Positions 14,783-24,818 are shown, numbered from the stretch's first letter. The stretch: DNA of 32,000 nucleotides from Chlamydiota bacterium (GCA_016196885.1 JACPWU010000012.1:1-32000); one strand, 5' to 3'. Program-made: numbers and translations. Notes: generated by a model not told the origin, from the sequence alone.

Positions 14783-15060
14783 TTATGAAACATTCATGCC
14801 GACTGAGGTCGGCACAAAGGGGGATGAAAATCACCCTTGTAGTCGCCCCATTTATGGGGCGGTCTATGACATTGGGGCATTGGGCATTGCCCGATAAATC
14901 GGGCGACTACAAGCTACCGTGCACACGGATTGCCCGATGAATCGGGCGACTACAAAAAAAAGCATGATAGGGGAGAACTTTCATCACACACGATGATCTC
15001 GAAGGATCATAGAGATTAATTTAAGAGGGGAGAAAAGCTCCTCTGATGTAATATCGGAGG
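14783..15060 (+). repeat. Second copy of the mosaic REP element
   Basis: 14783-14919 equals 5981-6117 with a single mismatch. REP units lie at 14839-14860, 14889-14910 and 14932-14953. The 3' module (14954-~15010) matches the reverse complement of ~29800-29868. Confidence 0.85.
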
Positions 15061-15079
15061 GGTTAGATTTTTCCAATTC

Positions 15080-15108
15080 TTGACAGTGTTATTTGGGTAT
15101 ACTAAGCT
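15080..15108 (+). promoter_or_regulatory. Sigma70-like promoter candidate upstream of lysS (TTGACA-N17-TAAGCT)
   Basis: TTGACA at 15080-15085 and TAAGCT at 15103-15108. The same CTTGACAGTGT context is seen at 8053-8063. Confidence 0.45.
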
Positions 15109-15133
15109 TTCGCATTTATGGACGGAGATTTAA

Positions 15134-16561
15134 ATGAGCGATTTTGAAAATGAGATTGTAAGGGAGCGTAAAGAGAAACTTGCCGGTCTTGTTTCTCAAG
15201 GGGTTGAGCCTTATGGTCGTAAATTTGTCCGCAGCCATTCTTTAAAAGTTTGTTCGCAATCTTTTCAAGAAGGGCTTGAGGTGAAGGTGGCAGGACGGGT
15301 CGTTGCCTTTAGGGCTCATGGGAAAAGTGTGTTTGGGCATTTGCAGGATAAGGAAACGAAGCTTCAATTTTACATTAAGAAGGACCTGGCGGGAGAAGCC
15401 CTCTTTGATCTTTTTCTCAAAGTAGATCTGGGCGATGTTTTGGGTTTAGAAGGGAGTCTTTTTAAGACGCACACAGGTGAAACGACAGTTTTAATCAAAA
15501 ATTTTGTTTTTCTCGCGAAGGCGTTGAGGCCGCTTCCTGAAAAATGGCATGGCTTGAAGGATGTGGAAATTCGTTATCGCCAGCGCTATGTGGATTTGAT
15601 TTCGAATCAAGATGTGCGCCGTATTTTTCAGATGCGCTCTGGCTTGATTCGACAGGTGCGCTCGTTTCTGGATGCCAAGGGTTTTCAAGAGGTGGAAACG
15701 CCCATGATGCAGTCGATCCCGGGAGGAGCGGTGGCCAAGCCCTTTATTACGCATCATGAGGCTTTGGACTTGGATTTATATTTGAGAATTGCCCCAGAAC
15801 TTTATTTGAAGCGCTTGCTGGTGGGAGGCCTAGAAAAGGTGTATGAGCTCAATCGGAATTTCAGAAATGAAGGGCTTTCAAGATTTCACAATCCTGAGTT
15901 TACGATGCTCGAGGTTTATTCTGCGTACGATGATTACGAAGACATGATGAATTTAACAGAAAATCTTTTTGTAGAACTCTGCGACCACGTCATCGGGAAG
16001 CGGGAGATTTCTTGGGGGGGAGATCTCCTGCGTTTTGATCCTCCCTGGCAGCGTCTGGATTATTTTGAGGCGATTCAAAAATACACGGGCCTGGATCCCT
16101 TGAATTTGAAGGACCCGGCCTCCCAGGCAAAAAAAATGGGTCTTTTTGTGGATCCATCATGGACGCGCCTAGAGATCATCAATGAAATTTTTGATAAGAG
16201 GGTTCAGGAGAAATTGATTCAGCCGTCCTTTGTCATAGATTATCCTGTGGAGCTTTGCCCTCTGGCGAAGACAAAAAAATCGGATCCGAGCCGTGCGGAG
16301 CGTTTCGAGCTTTTCATTCATGGGATGGAAGTGGCCAATGCCTATTCGGAGTTGAATGATCCTGTGGAGCAGGCGAAGCGTTTTGAAGAGCAGGCACACC
16401 TGGTGGGGAAGGGCTCGGACATGGATTTTGTCAGGGCGTTGGAATACGGGATGCCCTGTGCGGGCGGCTTGGGCATTGGCATGGATCGCATGGTCATGAT
16501 TTTAACGGGGGCCGAGTCTATTCGTGAAGTGGTATTTTTTCCGCAGTTAAGGCCGGAATAA
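15134..16561 (+). CDS. lysS: Lysine--tRNA ligase, class II
   Basis: OB-fold anticodon-binding N-domain, motif 2 region YELNRNFRNEG and motif 3 GLGIGMDRMVMIL. Length is 475 aa. Confidence 0.95.
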   Translation: MSDFENEIVRERKEKLAGLVSQGVEPYGRKFVRSHSLKVCSQSFQEGLEVKVAGRVVAFRAHGKSVFGHLQDKETKLQFYIKKDLAGEALFDLFLKVDLGDVLGLEGSLFKTHTGETTVLIKNFVFLAKALRPLPEKWHGLKDVEIRYRQRYVDLISNQDVRRIFQMRSGLIRQVRSFLDAKGFQEVETPMMQSIPGGAVAKPFITHHEALDLDLYLRIAPELYLKRLLVGGLEKVYELNRNFRNEGLSRFHNPEFTMLEVYSAYDDYEDMMNLTENLFVELCDHVIGKREISWGGDLLRFDPPWQRLDYFEAIQKYTGLDPLNLKDPASQAKKMGLFVDPSWTRLEIINEIFDKRVQEKLIQPSFVIDYPVELCPLAKTKKSDPSRAERFELFIHGMEVANAYSELNDPVEQAKRFEEQAHLVGKGSDMDFVRALEYGMPCAGGLGIGMDRMVMILTGAESIREVVFFPQLRPE

Positions 16562-16562
16562 C

Positions 16563-16632
16563 AAAGTTCAAAAGTTCAAAGGTTCAAAAGTTCAAAGGAC
16601 CTTTAAACTTTTGAACCTTTAAACTTTTGAAC
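16563..16632. repeat. Near-perfect ~32-bp-arm palindrome of GTTCAAAR octamers
   Basis: GTTCAAAA GTTCAAAG GTTCAAAA GTTCAAAG (16566-16597) faces CCTTTAAA CTTTTGAA CCTTTAAA CTTTTGAA (16600-16631). It lies between the lysS stop and the lolC start. Confidence 0.9.
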
Positions 16633-16641
16633 TTGTCTTTT

Positions 16642-17886
16642 ATGTTGCCATTCTCACTTTTTATTAGCTTAAAATATCTTCGAGGCCGTCATCGCCATCG
16701 CTGGATTTCTCTGATTAATATTTTTTCGGTTTTTGGGATTGGCTTAGGCGTGATGGCCCTGATTGTGGTTCTTTCGGTGATGGGCGGTTTTGATCGCGAT
16801 CTCAAAAAAAGGGTGCTCAGCATTTATTCTCCCATCACCATTGGAGGAGAAGGGAGCCTTGAGAATTATCCGGATGTCTTGTCCGATTTAAAAAATGTTC
16901 CTGAGGTCACGGCGGCCTCCCCTTTTGTCACAGGCCAGATATTGTCTCAGCTTAAGAGCAAGGTCTATGGTGTTTTTGTTCGGGCTGTGGATCCAAAGCT
17001 AGAGAGTCAAACCACCGAGATCAAGAGTTATTTGACTCAGGGAAGTTTGGACTTTTCAACTGTTCCGGACGGATATGGGATTGTGATTGGCAATGAATTT
17101 GCAAAAGTTTTTAGGTTAAAATTAGGAGACAAGATCGACCTCTTGTCCCCTGTTTCGATTCCCACGCCTTTGGGTCTTTCATCTCATTCCTTGAGTTTTA
17201 CGGTTGTAGGAATTTTTGATTCTGGCATGTACGAGTATGATTTGAATTTGGTGTATGTTTCGCTTCAAGCGGGTCAGGAGCTTTATGCCTTGGGGGATGC
17301 AGTCTCAGGCATTGCAGTGAACATCAAAGATGTGAATCAGGTTTTTTCTGTGAAGGAAGAAATCAAACATGCGTTGAGTCAGCCAGCTCCCGTTAAGGTG
17401 TGGCTGGAGATGAACAAGAATTTGTTCCGGGCGGTGGTGACAGAGAAATGGATGATGTTTTGGATTTTGCTTTTGATTGTTTTGGTGGCGGCTTTTAACA
17501 TTGCCTCGAGTCTTATTATGATGGTGATGGAGAAGACAAAGGAGATTGGTATTTTGAGATCGCTGGGGGTGACACAGGGGTGCATCCTTCGGATTTTTTT
17601 GTCGCAAGGATTGATGATTGGTGTGGTGGGGACGGTGTTAGGATTTTTAGCGGGAGTTTTTTTGACGTTAAATTTGAACCCCATTGCAGATGCCGTGGCC
17701 CGCTGGACAGGTTTCGAATTTTTTCCGAAGGATGTTTATTATTTGGACAAAATTCCGACCTTGCTGGATGTCAGACAATCTCTGTTGGTGGCGGGTTCGG
17801 CTTTGGTGCTGACTGTGCTCGCCGCATTTTATCCGGCCTTTCAGGCATCGCGGATGAATCCGGTGGAGGCGATCAGATATGAATGA
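16642..17886 (+). CDS. lolC: Lipoprotein-releasing system permease, LolC/LolE family
   Basis: MLPFSLFISLKYLRGR...FISLINIFSVFGIGLGVMALIVVLSVMGGF is the typical LolC/E N-terminus. A periplasmic MacB-like domain and a C-terminal FtsX-type 3-TM bundle follow. ATG 16642 is preferred over TTG 16627, which lies inside the palindrome. Confidence 0.85.
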   Translation: MLPFSLFISLKYLRGRHRHRWISLINIFSVFGIGLGVMALIVVLSVMGGFDRDLKKRVLSIYSPITIGGEGSLENYPDVLSDLKNVPEVTAASPFVTGQILSQLKSKVYGVFVRAVDPKLESQTTEIKSYLTQGSLDFSTVPDGYGIVIGNEFAKVFRLKLGDKIDLLSPVSIPTPLGLSSHSLSFTVVGIFDSGMYEYDLNLVYVSLQAGQELYALGDAVSGIAVNIKDVNQVFSVKEEIKHALSQPAPVKVWLEMNKNLFRAVVTEKWMMFWILLLIVLVAAFNIASSLIMMVMEKTKEIGILRSLGVTQGCILRIFLSQGLMIGVVGTVLGFLAGVFLTLNLNPIADAVARWTGFEFFPKDVYYLDKIPTLLDVRQSLLVAGSALVLTVLAAFYPAFQASRMNPVEAIRYE

Positions 17887-17948
17887 AAGAGGATTTAAAA
17901 TTGATCAATAAGGGGAGATGGAGGGGTTACAGTGGATACAATCGAAAT

Positions 17949-18632
17949 ATGAATGGTTCTAATATCGTCAAGGTGGAGAATCTTAAGAAGTCCTACGAAA
18001 TGGGTCGGACCTCTGTAGAGGTTTTGAAAGGGATTGATTTTTCTCTTTCCCTCGGAGAGTTTGTGATGGTGGTGGGGCCTTCGGGGAGTGGGAAGAGTAC
18101 GCTCCTTCATTTGGTGGCGGGACTCGATCGTCCAACAGAAGGAAAAATTTCTGTCTTGGGAAAATCATTGGGTGAGATGCCCGATCGCCAAATTTCTTTT
18201 TTAAGGAATCAGAAGATAGGATTTATTTTTCAATTTTATCATCTCTTGCCAGAATTGACGGCGTATGAGAATGTGGCATTGCCCCTCCTGGTTTATTCCA
18301 GTGAGAAGAGGGTTAAAGGGCATAGGAAAATAGAAGACATGTTTGATATGATTGGATTGAACAATCGCTCGATGCATCGCCCGCAGGAGTTATCAGGGGG
18401 AGAACAACAGAGATTGGCGATTGCGAGGGCCTTGGTTCATGACCCGGAGATTCTTTTGGCCGATGAACCGACGGGGAATTTGGATACGGCCAATGGCAAT
18501 GCCATACTAGATCTTTTGGATCAGATTCGCAAAAAAAATCATCTTTCCATCTTGATGGTGACCCATAATCCGGATTTTTTAAAAAGGGCCGATCGCGTAC
18601 TTTATTTGAAGGATGGCAAGATTCAGGCGTGA
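17949..18632 (+). CDS. lolD: Lipoprotein-releasing system ATP-binding protein LolD
   Basis: Walker A GPSGSGKST, signature LSGGEQQR, Walker B ILLADEPT, N-terminus IVKVENLKKSY. The alternative upstream start ATG 17883 overlaps the lolC stop and has GGAGG 9 nt upstream. It would add 22 aa encoded partly by a repeated 24-mer. Confidence 0.85.
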   Translation: MNGSNIVKVENLKKSYEMGRTSVEVLKGIDFSLSLGEFVMVVGPSGSGKSTLLHLVAGLDRPTEGKISVLGKSLGEMPDRQISFLRNQKIGFIFQFYHLLPELTAYENVALPLLVYSSEKRVKGHRKIEDMFDMIGLNNRSMHRPQELSGGEQQRLAIARALVHDPEILLADEPTGNLDTANGNAILDLLDQIRKKNHLSILMVTHNPDFLKRADRVLYLKDGKIQA

Positions 18633-18684
18633 GCTGTCTAAAGGCTCATGATCATTTTATGATATAATTCTGTGGATGTTATCG

Positions 18685-18752
18685 GTGTGCGTAGCGTGGA
18701 GCGCATGGTTTTTTTTCTGTACGCTGAACGCTGTACGCTATACGCTCTTTTT
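18685..18752. repeat. Imperfect palindrome of GTACGCT-type heptamers with T-runs (terminator candidate after lolD)
   Basis: GTGTGCG TAGCGTG GAGCGCA + T8 (18709-18716), then GTACGCT GAACGCT GTACGCT ATACGCT (18719-18746) + TTTTTT. Confidence 0.55.
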
Positions 18753-18764
18753 TAAGGAGGCGAG

Positions 18765-19649
18765 ATGAAAGTTTACATCAATGGCCAATTTTTTTCGAAG
18801 GAGGATGCCAAGGTTTCAGTTTATGACCATGGCCTTTTGTATGGGGATGGGGTGTTTGAGGGGATTCGTGTCTATCACAATAAAGTTTTTAAATTGAAAG
18901 AGCATGTGGATCGCCTTTATGAATCAGCTCAGACGATCATGCTCAAGATCCCCTTCTCCAAAGAAGAAATGACGGCCGCGGTGGTGGAGGCCGTTCGGCA
19001 AAATCCTTATGAGGATGCCTACATTCGTTTGGTGGTCACACGCGGAGTCGGGTCTCTGGGCCTGGATCCGAACAAATGTGCAAAGCCGCAAATCATTATT
19101 ATTGTAGATAAGATCACGCTTTATAGCTCGGAAACTTACAGAAGGGGGATGGAGATTATCACGGTGGCCACTCGGCGGAATTTACAGGAGGCTTTGAATC
19201 CTCGGATCAAATCTCTGAATTATTTGAATAACATTATGGCAAAAATGGAGGCGATCCATGCAGGCTTCGAAGAGGCCATCATGTTGAATCAGAATGGTTT
19301 TGTGGCTGAATGCACCGGAGATAATATTTTTATTGTCAAAGAGGAGAGTTTGGTGACGCCTTCTTTGGAGAATGGTTTTTTGGATGGGATTACGCGACGA
19401 ACCGTCATGGATTTGGCGGTCGGTAAGGGTCTTCGCGTTGTGGAGAAGACACTTTCGCGGCATGATCTTTATGTGGCGGATGAATGTTTTCTGACAGGAA
19501 CAGCCGCAGGGGTGGTGCCCGTGGTGAAAATTGATGGTCGAACCATTGGAAGTGGAGAGCCAGGGAAACATACCTTGGAACTTTCAAGGGCCTATGATCA
19601 ATTGACACAAAAGGAAGGGGTCCCAGTTCCAAGGACAGCAAAGGTATAG
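18765..19649 (+). CDS. ilvE: Branched-chain amino acid aminotransferase (PLP fold type IV)
   Basis: N-terminus YINGQFFSKEDAKVSVYDHGLLYGDGVFEGIRVY, plus IKSLNYLNNIMAK and ECTGDNIF. AAGGAGG lies upstream of the ATG. A D-amino-acid aminotransferase cannot be fully excluded by eye. Confidence 0.8.
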   Translation: MKVYINGQFFSKEDAKVSVYDHGLLYGDGVFEGIRVYHNKVFKLKEHVDRLYESAQTIMLKIPFSKEEMTAAVVEAVRQNPYEDAYIRLVVTRGVGSLGLDPNKCAKPQIIIIVDKITLYSSETYRRGMEIITVATRRNLQEALNPRIKSLNYLNNIMAKMEAIHAGFEEAIMLNQNGFVAECTGDNIFIVKEESLVTPSLENGFLDGITRRTVMDLAVGKGLRVVEKTLSRHDLYVADECFLTGTAAGVVPVVKIDGRTIGSGEPGKHTLELSRAYDQLTQKEGVPVPRTAKV

Positions 19650-19702
19650 TCGCCCCATTTATGGGGCCATGTATGGATTTACCCGATGAATCGGGCGGCT
19701 AC
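19647..19702. repeat. REPIN doublet overlapping the ilvE stop codon
   Basis: TAGTCGCCCCATTTATGGGGC (19647-19667) and ACCCGATGAATCGGGCGGCTAC (19681-19702). The TAG of the first unit is the ilvE stop. Confidence 0.8.
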
Positions 19703-19745
19703 AAAAGATTGATCGGGGGAGTCTCATTTTTGTTGAGAGGTTTTT

Positions 19746-20243
19746 ATGTTATGTGAAGTTTGTCATAAGAAACAGGCCACGGTTCATTACACGGAAATTA
19801 TTCAAAATAAAATGATGAAAATCAATTTGTGTGAACCTTGTGCCAAGGAAAAGGGAATAGATGTTTATTCTAAATTTTCGGTCGCGGATCTCTTAAGCGG
19901 GTTGGCGGATTTGGAGGCGGTGGGAGCCTCCATTGAAAATGAGTCATGTTCGCAGTGCGGGATGAGTTATCGAGAGTTTAAAGAAATTGGGCGATTTGGG
20001 TGTGCGCATTGTTATACGACGTTTAACGAATTGTTGAAGCCCCTCTTTGAGGCGATTCACAAGGCCTCTCGTCATGTGGGAAAAGTTCCGAAGCATTGGT
20101 CCAAACATTATTCTGGAGAGGTGGAACTCAAAACTTTAGAGGATCAATTAGAAAAGGCGATTTCTGGAGAGGCCTTTGAAGAGGCCGCCCGGATTCGGGA
20201 TCGGATTAAAGAGGTTAAAGAGTCTAAGAGGCATGTGAAATGA
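19746..20243 (+). CDS. mcsA: McsA-like protein (zinc-finger pairs + UVR motif), activator of protein arginine kinase
   Basis: CEVCHKK...CEPC and CSQCG...CAHC Cys pairs. C-terminal UVR-like LEKAISGEAFEEAARIRDRIKE. 4-nt overlap with mcsB. Confidence 0.8.
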   Translation: MLCEVCHKKQATVHYTEIIQNKMMKINLCEPCAKEKGIDVYSKFSVADLLSGLADLEAVGASIENESCSQCGMSYREFKEIGRFGCAHCYTTFNELLKPLFEAIHKASRHVGKVPKHWSKHYSGEVELKTLEDQLEKAISGEAFEEAARIRDRIKEVKESKRHVK

Positions 20244-21301
20244 TTGACATTGATACGATGATCAGCAAAACGGCGGCATGGCTCGAGGGCAAGGGGCCTG
20301 AATCCGATATTGTGATTTCGAGCCGGGTGAGGCTGGCGAGAAATGTGGTGGGCTTCCCTTTCTCGCATTGGGCCACTGAAGATGAAATGGAGGATTTGCT
20401 CAACACGGTGGAAGAAGCCATTCAAAAAAATCCGCCTTCAGAAAAATATCTTTTCCTGCGGTTTACAGACTTAACCGACATTGAGAGAAAAATTTTACTT
20501 GAGCGCCATTTGGTGAGCCGTGAGCATATTCAATCCAAACTCAATCGGGCTGTCGCGATTGGAAATGATGAACAGGTGAGCATCATGATCAATGAAGAAG
20601 ATCATTTAAGGGTTCAAGTGCTCACATCGGGATTTCAGTTGAATAATGCGTTAAAGCTCGTTAATCACGTGGATGACCTTTTAGAGAATGATTTGGAATA
20701 TGCCTATTCGCCTTATTTTGGATATTTGACGGCCTGCCCAACCAATGTGGGGACAGGCATTCGGGCGTCTGTGATGATTCATTTGCCCGGGCTGGTGTTA
20801 CAGCGCCAAATAGATCAGGTGCTTCAGGCGATTACCAAGTTGGGTCTCACCGTGCGGGGTTGGTACGGAGAAGGGTCAGAGGCCTCCGGAAATCTTTTTC
20901 AAATTTCAAATCAAACCACCTTGGGGAAAAAAGAGGAAGAAATTGTTGAGAAGTTGGCGAAGATTATTCAACAAGTGGTGGAGCATGAGAGGAGCGCTCG
21001 TAAGATATTGGTAAAGAAGGACTTATCAAAGATACGGGACCGGATTGGGAGAGCCTTTGGAATTTTAAAATATGCGCATCAAATCAGCTCGGGTGAGACG
21101 ATGAATCTTTTGAGTGCCTTGAGAACGGGCATTGAGTTAGGTGTGCTTAAGGGTGTGGACATTAAGATCATAAATGAGCTTTTTTTGCTGACTCAGCCGG
21201 CCCATGTTCAGAAAATTCTTGGGAAAAAATTGTCTCAGAAAGATCGGGACGAGAAGAGGGCAGATTTAATTCGGAAGCTGTTAAGGGATGAAAGTTTATA
21301 A
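20240..21301 (+). CDS. mcsB: Protein arginine kinase McsB (ATP:guanido phosphotransferase family)
   Basis: Motifs SSRVRLARN, NEEDHLRVQ and LTACPTNVGTGIRASV are typical of phosphagen-kinase-like McsB. Confidence 0.9.
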   Translation: MIDIDTMISKTAAWLEGKGPESDIVISSRVRLARNVVGFPFSHWATEDEMEDLLNTVEEAIQKNPPSEKYLFLRFTDLTDIERKILLERHLVSREHIQSKLNRAVAIGNDEQVSIMINEEDHLRVQVLTSGFQLNNALKLVNHVDDLLENDLEYAYSPYFGYLTACPTNVGTGIRASVMIHLPGLVLQRQIDQVLQAITKLGLTVRGWYGEGSEASGNLFQISNQTTLGKKEEEIVEKLAKIIQQVVEHERSARKILVKKDLSKIRDRIGRAFGILKYAHQISSGETMNLLSALRTGIELGVLKGVDIKIINELFLLTQPAHVQKILGKKLSQKDRDEKRADLIRKLLRDESL

Positions 21302-21311
21302 AGTTCATACG

Positions 21312-21387
21312 AAGGTTCAAAAGTTCAAAGGTTTAAAGGTTCAAAGGAAAAAACTCCAAACCACATCAACTTTTGAACCTTTTTTTT
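21312..21387 (+). terminator. Octamer-word hairpin with T8 run between mcsB and clpC (terminator/attenuator candidate)
   Basis: GTTCAAAA GTTCAAAG GTTTAAAG GTTCAAAG (21315-21346). AAGGTTCAAAAGTT (21312-21325) can pair with AACTTTTGAACCTT (21368-21381). TTTTTTTT follows. Confidence 0.5.
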
Positions 21388-21435
21388 AAGTATGTGTTAT
21401 GATATTTCCTAAAGATAGTATAAGGGGAATTTTAC

Positions 21436-23865
21436 ATGTTTGAGAAGTTTACGGATCGAGCAAGACAGGTGATTATTCTGGCGAGGAAAGAGGCAGATCG
21501 CTTTAATCACAATTATATTGGGACGGAACATATTCTGCTGGGCCTCATTAAATTAGGAGAAGGGGTGGCGGTGAATGTGCTTCGCAAAATGGGTTTGGAT
21601 TTTGAGACGGTCCGCATGGAGGTGGAGCGGGCGGTGGGAACGGGGCCCGAGACCAAAATGATTGGCGATATTCCTCTGACTGCTCGGGCGAAACGTGTCA
21701 TTGAGCTTGCTTTGGATGAGGCAAAAAAATTAAGCCATACCTATATTGGGACAGAGCATTTGCTCTTAGGCCTTCTGAGAGAAGGGGAAGGTGTGGCCGC
21801 AAAGATTTTGCAAAGTTTGAATGTGGATATTGAGGCGACGCGTGCTGAGGTTTTGAAGGAATTGGGCACGGAGTTTTCCGGCAAAGGAGAAATGCCGGAG
21901 GCCCCCGAAGAAAATGTTCGAAGCCCTGCGCTTTCCGCTTTTGGCCGCGATTTAACAGAGTTGGCCAAGCAAGACAAGCTTGATCCTGTGATTGGCCGCG
22001 CGGATGAAATCGAACGCGTGGTGCAAATTCTTTGCCGCCGCCGTAAGAATAACCCCGTTCTTTTGGGGGAGGCGGGCGTTGGAAAGACGGCCATTGTCGA
22101 AGGGCTTGCCCAGAAAATCATTTCTGGGGATATTCCTGAAAATTTGCTTGATAAAAAAATTGTGACTTTGGATTTGGCCTTGATGGTGGCGGGAACCAAA
22201 TACCGCGGCCAATTCGAGGAACGGATTAAAGCGGTCATGAAGGAGATTAAAAATTCTCAGAGCGTCATTCTTTTCATTGATGAACTGCACACCATTGTAG
22301 GAGCAGGGGCGGCGGAGGGAGCCATTGACGCCTCCAATATTTTGAAGCCGGCCTTGGCTCGTGGTGAGCTTCAATGCATTGGCGCTACGACCTTGGATGA
22401 ATATCGAAAGTATATTGAAAAGGATGCCGCTTTGGAACGCCGATTTCAAACCGTGATGGTGGATCCTCCTTCGGTGGACGAGACCATCGAGATTTTGAAA
22501 GGGCTGAGGCACAAATATGAATCCTACCATAAGGCCGTTATAACAGACACGGCGCTAGAGTCTGCCGCCCGTCTTTCGGACCGCTATGTGACGGGGCGTT
22601 TTCTTCCTGACAAGGCGATTGATTTGATTGATGAAGCCTCCGCCCGCGTGCGCATTCAGGCGGTGACGGAGCCCACGGCCCTTAAGGGGATTAAGGATGA
22701 GATGCGCAAGGTGAAGACGAAGAAAGAGGCCTCTGTACGTGAGCAGGATTTTGAAAAGGCGGCTCGTTTCAGGGATGAGGAGCGCATGATGCGCTTTAAA
22801 TTGGAAGAGGCACTCACGGATTGGAAGCAGCAGAAGACGGAGAGCAAGGTCGTTGTGACGGAGGAGGACATTGCCCAGATTGTGGCCAAGTGGACGGGGA
22901 TTCCGGTTTCAAGGATTGAGGAAGCTGAGACAGAAAAACTCCTCAAGATGGAAGAGGGTATTCACAAGCGTGTGGTGGGGCAGGATGAGGCAGTGAAGGC
23001 AGCATGCCGAGCCGTTCGTCGTTCTAGAGCGGATTTAAAGGATCCCAGGCGGCCGATTGGATCTTTTGTTTTCTTGGGGCCGACGGGCGTTGGAAAAACC
23101 CTTTTGGCCAAGGCCTTGGCCGAATTCATGTTTGACGATGAAGAGGCCATGATTCAAATTGACATGTCGGAGTACATGGAAAAATTCGCAATCTCTCGTT
23201 TGACGGGATCTCCCCCCGGCTATGTGGGTTACGAAGAAGGGGGACAATTGACGGAGCAAGTTCGCCGCCGGCCTTATTCTGTCATTCTCTTTGATGAAAT
23301 GGAAAAGGCGCATCCGGATGTCATCAATGTGCTCCTTCAAATTTTAGAAGAGGGAAAATTGACAGATAGCCTGGGAAGAGTCGTGGATTTCAGAAACACA
23401 ATTTTAATCATGACATCGAATATTGGCGCTGACCTGATTCGCAAGCGATCTACTGTGGGATTCCATGAGGAGTCCCGTGAGGCCAAGTACGATGAAATGC
23501 GTGATAAATTGATGGGGGAGCTTAAAAAAACGCTCAAGCCAGAGTTTTTGAATCGCATTGACGAGGTGATTGTGTTCCACTCTTTATCACGGGAGGATTT
23601 GTCTAAAATTGTCGGGTTTGAGATTCAGAAGGTTCGGGACCGTCTTACGACCAAAGGTTATGGACTAGAAATTGCCGAAAAGGCCCAGGAATTTCTGATC
23701 GACAAAGGTTTTGATCCAGTTTATGGGGCTCGCCCCTTGCGCCGGGCGATTCAAAGATACATTGAAGACCCGGTGTCCGAAGAACTTTTAAAGAAAAAAA
23801 TGACGGCGGGCCAAAAGTTGAGCGTTGGTTTTGAAACCGATCATCTGACGTATCAATGGATTTAA
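21436..23865 (+). CDS. clpC: ATP-dependent Clp protease ATP-binding subunit ClpC
   Basis: Duplicated Clp_N repeat ([11 protein letters not shown] / [11 protein letters not shown]), two AAA+ modules ([16 protein letters not shown]) and a UVR-like middle domain ([14 protein letters not shown]). Length is 809 aa. Confidence 0.95.
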   Translation: MFEKFTDRARQVIILARKEADRFNHNYIGTEHILLGLIKLGEGVAVNVLRKMGLDFETVRMEVERAVGTGPETKMIGDIPLTARAKRVIELALDEAKKLSHTYIGTEHLLLGLLREGEGVAAKILQSLNVDIEATRAEVLKELGTEFSGKGEMPEAPEENVRSPALSAFGRDLTELAKQDKLDPVIGRADEIERVVQILCRRRKNNPVLLGEAGVGKTAIVEGLAQKIISGDIPENLLDKKIVTLDLALMVAGTKYRGQFEERIKAVMKEIKNSQSVILFIDELHTIVGAGAAEGAIDASNILKPALARGELQCIGATTLDEYRKYIEKDAALERRFQTVMVDPPSVDETIEILKGLRHKYESYHKAVITDTALESAARLSDRYVTGRFLPDKAIDLIDEASARVRIQAVTEPTALKGIKDEMRKVKTKKEASVREQDFEKAARFRDEERMMRFKLEEALTDWKQQKTESKVVVTEEDIAQIVAKWTGIPVSRIEEAETEKLLKMEEGIHKRVVGQDEAVKAACRAVRRSRADLKDPRRPIGSFVFLGPTGVGKTLLAKALAEFMFDDEEAMIQIDMSEYMEKFAISRLTGSPPGYVGYEEGGQLTEQVRRRPYSVILFDEMEKAHPDVINVLLQILEEGKLTDSLGRVVDFRNTILIMTSNIGADLIRKRSTVGFHEESREAKYDEMRDKLMGELKKTLKPEFLNRIDEVIVFHSLSREDLSKIVGFEIQKVRDRLTTKGYGLEIAEKAQEFLIDKGFDPVYGARPLRRAIQRYIEDPVSEELLKKKMTAGQKLSVGFETDHLTYQWI

Positions 23866-23892
23866 GTCTTGGATTTTTTTGGCGGCGAGAGA

Positions 23893-23932
23893 AGCAAGAA
23901 ACGGGGGGGAAGGACGTCGTTTCTTGCTTTTT
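23893..23932 (+). terminator. Intrinsic terminator after clpC
   Basis: 11-bp stem AGCAAGAAACG (23893-23903) / CGTTTCTTGCT (23918-23928) followed by TTTTGTGTTT. Confidence 0.75.
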
Positions 23933-23945
23933 GTGTTTATGAAAT

Positions 23946-24779
23946 ATGAGTCTGATCAGCGCTTGTTTTTGTAATGGTTCAAAAATGAATTCTACACCAG
24001 AATTGAGCCTTAGAAATTTTTTAAGCGATATAGGCCGTTCTACCATAGATGGCCTCTATCAATTGGGCGGGATTACGATTCTTTTCCTCCAGACGACAAG
24101 CCGCCTTTTTTCAAGGCTTTCCTGGCGCGTCCTTTTTGTCAAGCAATGTTATCAATGTGGTGTTTTGTCCCTTCCAGTGGTTTTACTCACCGGGGCTTTT
24201 ACAGGAATGGTGCTTGCGGTGCAATCTTATTATCAATTTCATCAGATCACCATGGATACGGCCATCGGAATTTTGGTAGGGCTTTCTATGACGCGGGAAT
24301 TAGGTCCTGTGCTGACAGCAGTGATGGTCGCGGGCCGTGTAGGGGCTGCGATGGCTGCAGAGCTTGGGACCATGCGGGTGACAGAGCAGATTGATGCGCT
24401 TCGCACCCTGGCGACGGATCCGGTGAGTTATCTTATTGTGCCGAGATTTTTGGCCTGCATGGTCGTGGTTCCGATTCTCACAACCTTTGCCATCTTTGTC
24501 GGGATTTTGGGCGGTTACGTGGTGGGAGTGAAAATGCTTCACATCAATCACACCTTTTTTATTCAGAACATGGTGGACTACACCAAGGTATCGGATTTGA
24601 TGAGCGGCCTTACCAAATCGGTCGTTTTTGGAGTTTTGGTGGCCATCATCAGTTGTTACAAAGGTTTTTTTGCTGAAAATGGAGCCGAAGGCGTTGGCAT
24701 TGCGACCACTGAGGCAGTGGTGTATTCCTGCATTTCTATTTTGGTTTCGGATTTCTTTTTGTCGATTGTTTTGTTTTAA
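23946..24779 (+). CDS. mlaE: MlaE-family ABC transporter permease
   Basis: Multi-TM protein with RELGPVLTAVMVAGRVGAAMAAELGTMRVTEQIDAL, the conserved MlaE/YrbE core. The start may be ATG 23985. Confidence 0.85.
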   Translation: MSLISACFCNGSKMNSTPELSLRNFLSDIGRSTIDGLYQLGGITILFLQTTSRLFSRLSWRVLFVKQCYQCGVLSLPVVLLTGAFTGMVLAVQSYYQFHQITMDTAIGILVGLSMTRELGPVLTAVMVAGRVGAAMAAELGTMRVTEQIDALRTLATDPVSYLIVPRFLACMVVVPILTTFAIFVGILGGYVVGVKMLHINHTFFIQNMVDYTKVSDLMSGLTKSVVFGVLVAIISCYKGFFAENGAEGVGIATTEAVVYSCISILVSDFFLSIVLF

Positions 24780-24797
24780 AGGAAGTAACCCCCCGTT

Positions 24798-24818
24798 CCC
24801 CCCTTATTCTAAGGGGGG
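24798..24818 (+). promoter_or_regulatory. Intercistronic 9-bp G/C hairpin overlapping the mlaF SD region
   Basis: CCCCCCTTA (24798-24806), loop TTC, TAAGGGGGG (24810-24818). The 3' arm runs into GGAGGGG upstream of ATG 24833. Confidence 0.6.

Noticed and set aside
21315-21346. The GTTCAAAG array could be a CtsR operator just upstream of clpC.
   Set aside because: The CtsR consensus is a GGTCAAA heptad direct repeat with defined spacing. Here the unit is an 8-mer, GTTCAAAR. The same array occurs after lysS, and no ctsR is visible. It fits the general word-repeat phenomenon better.
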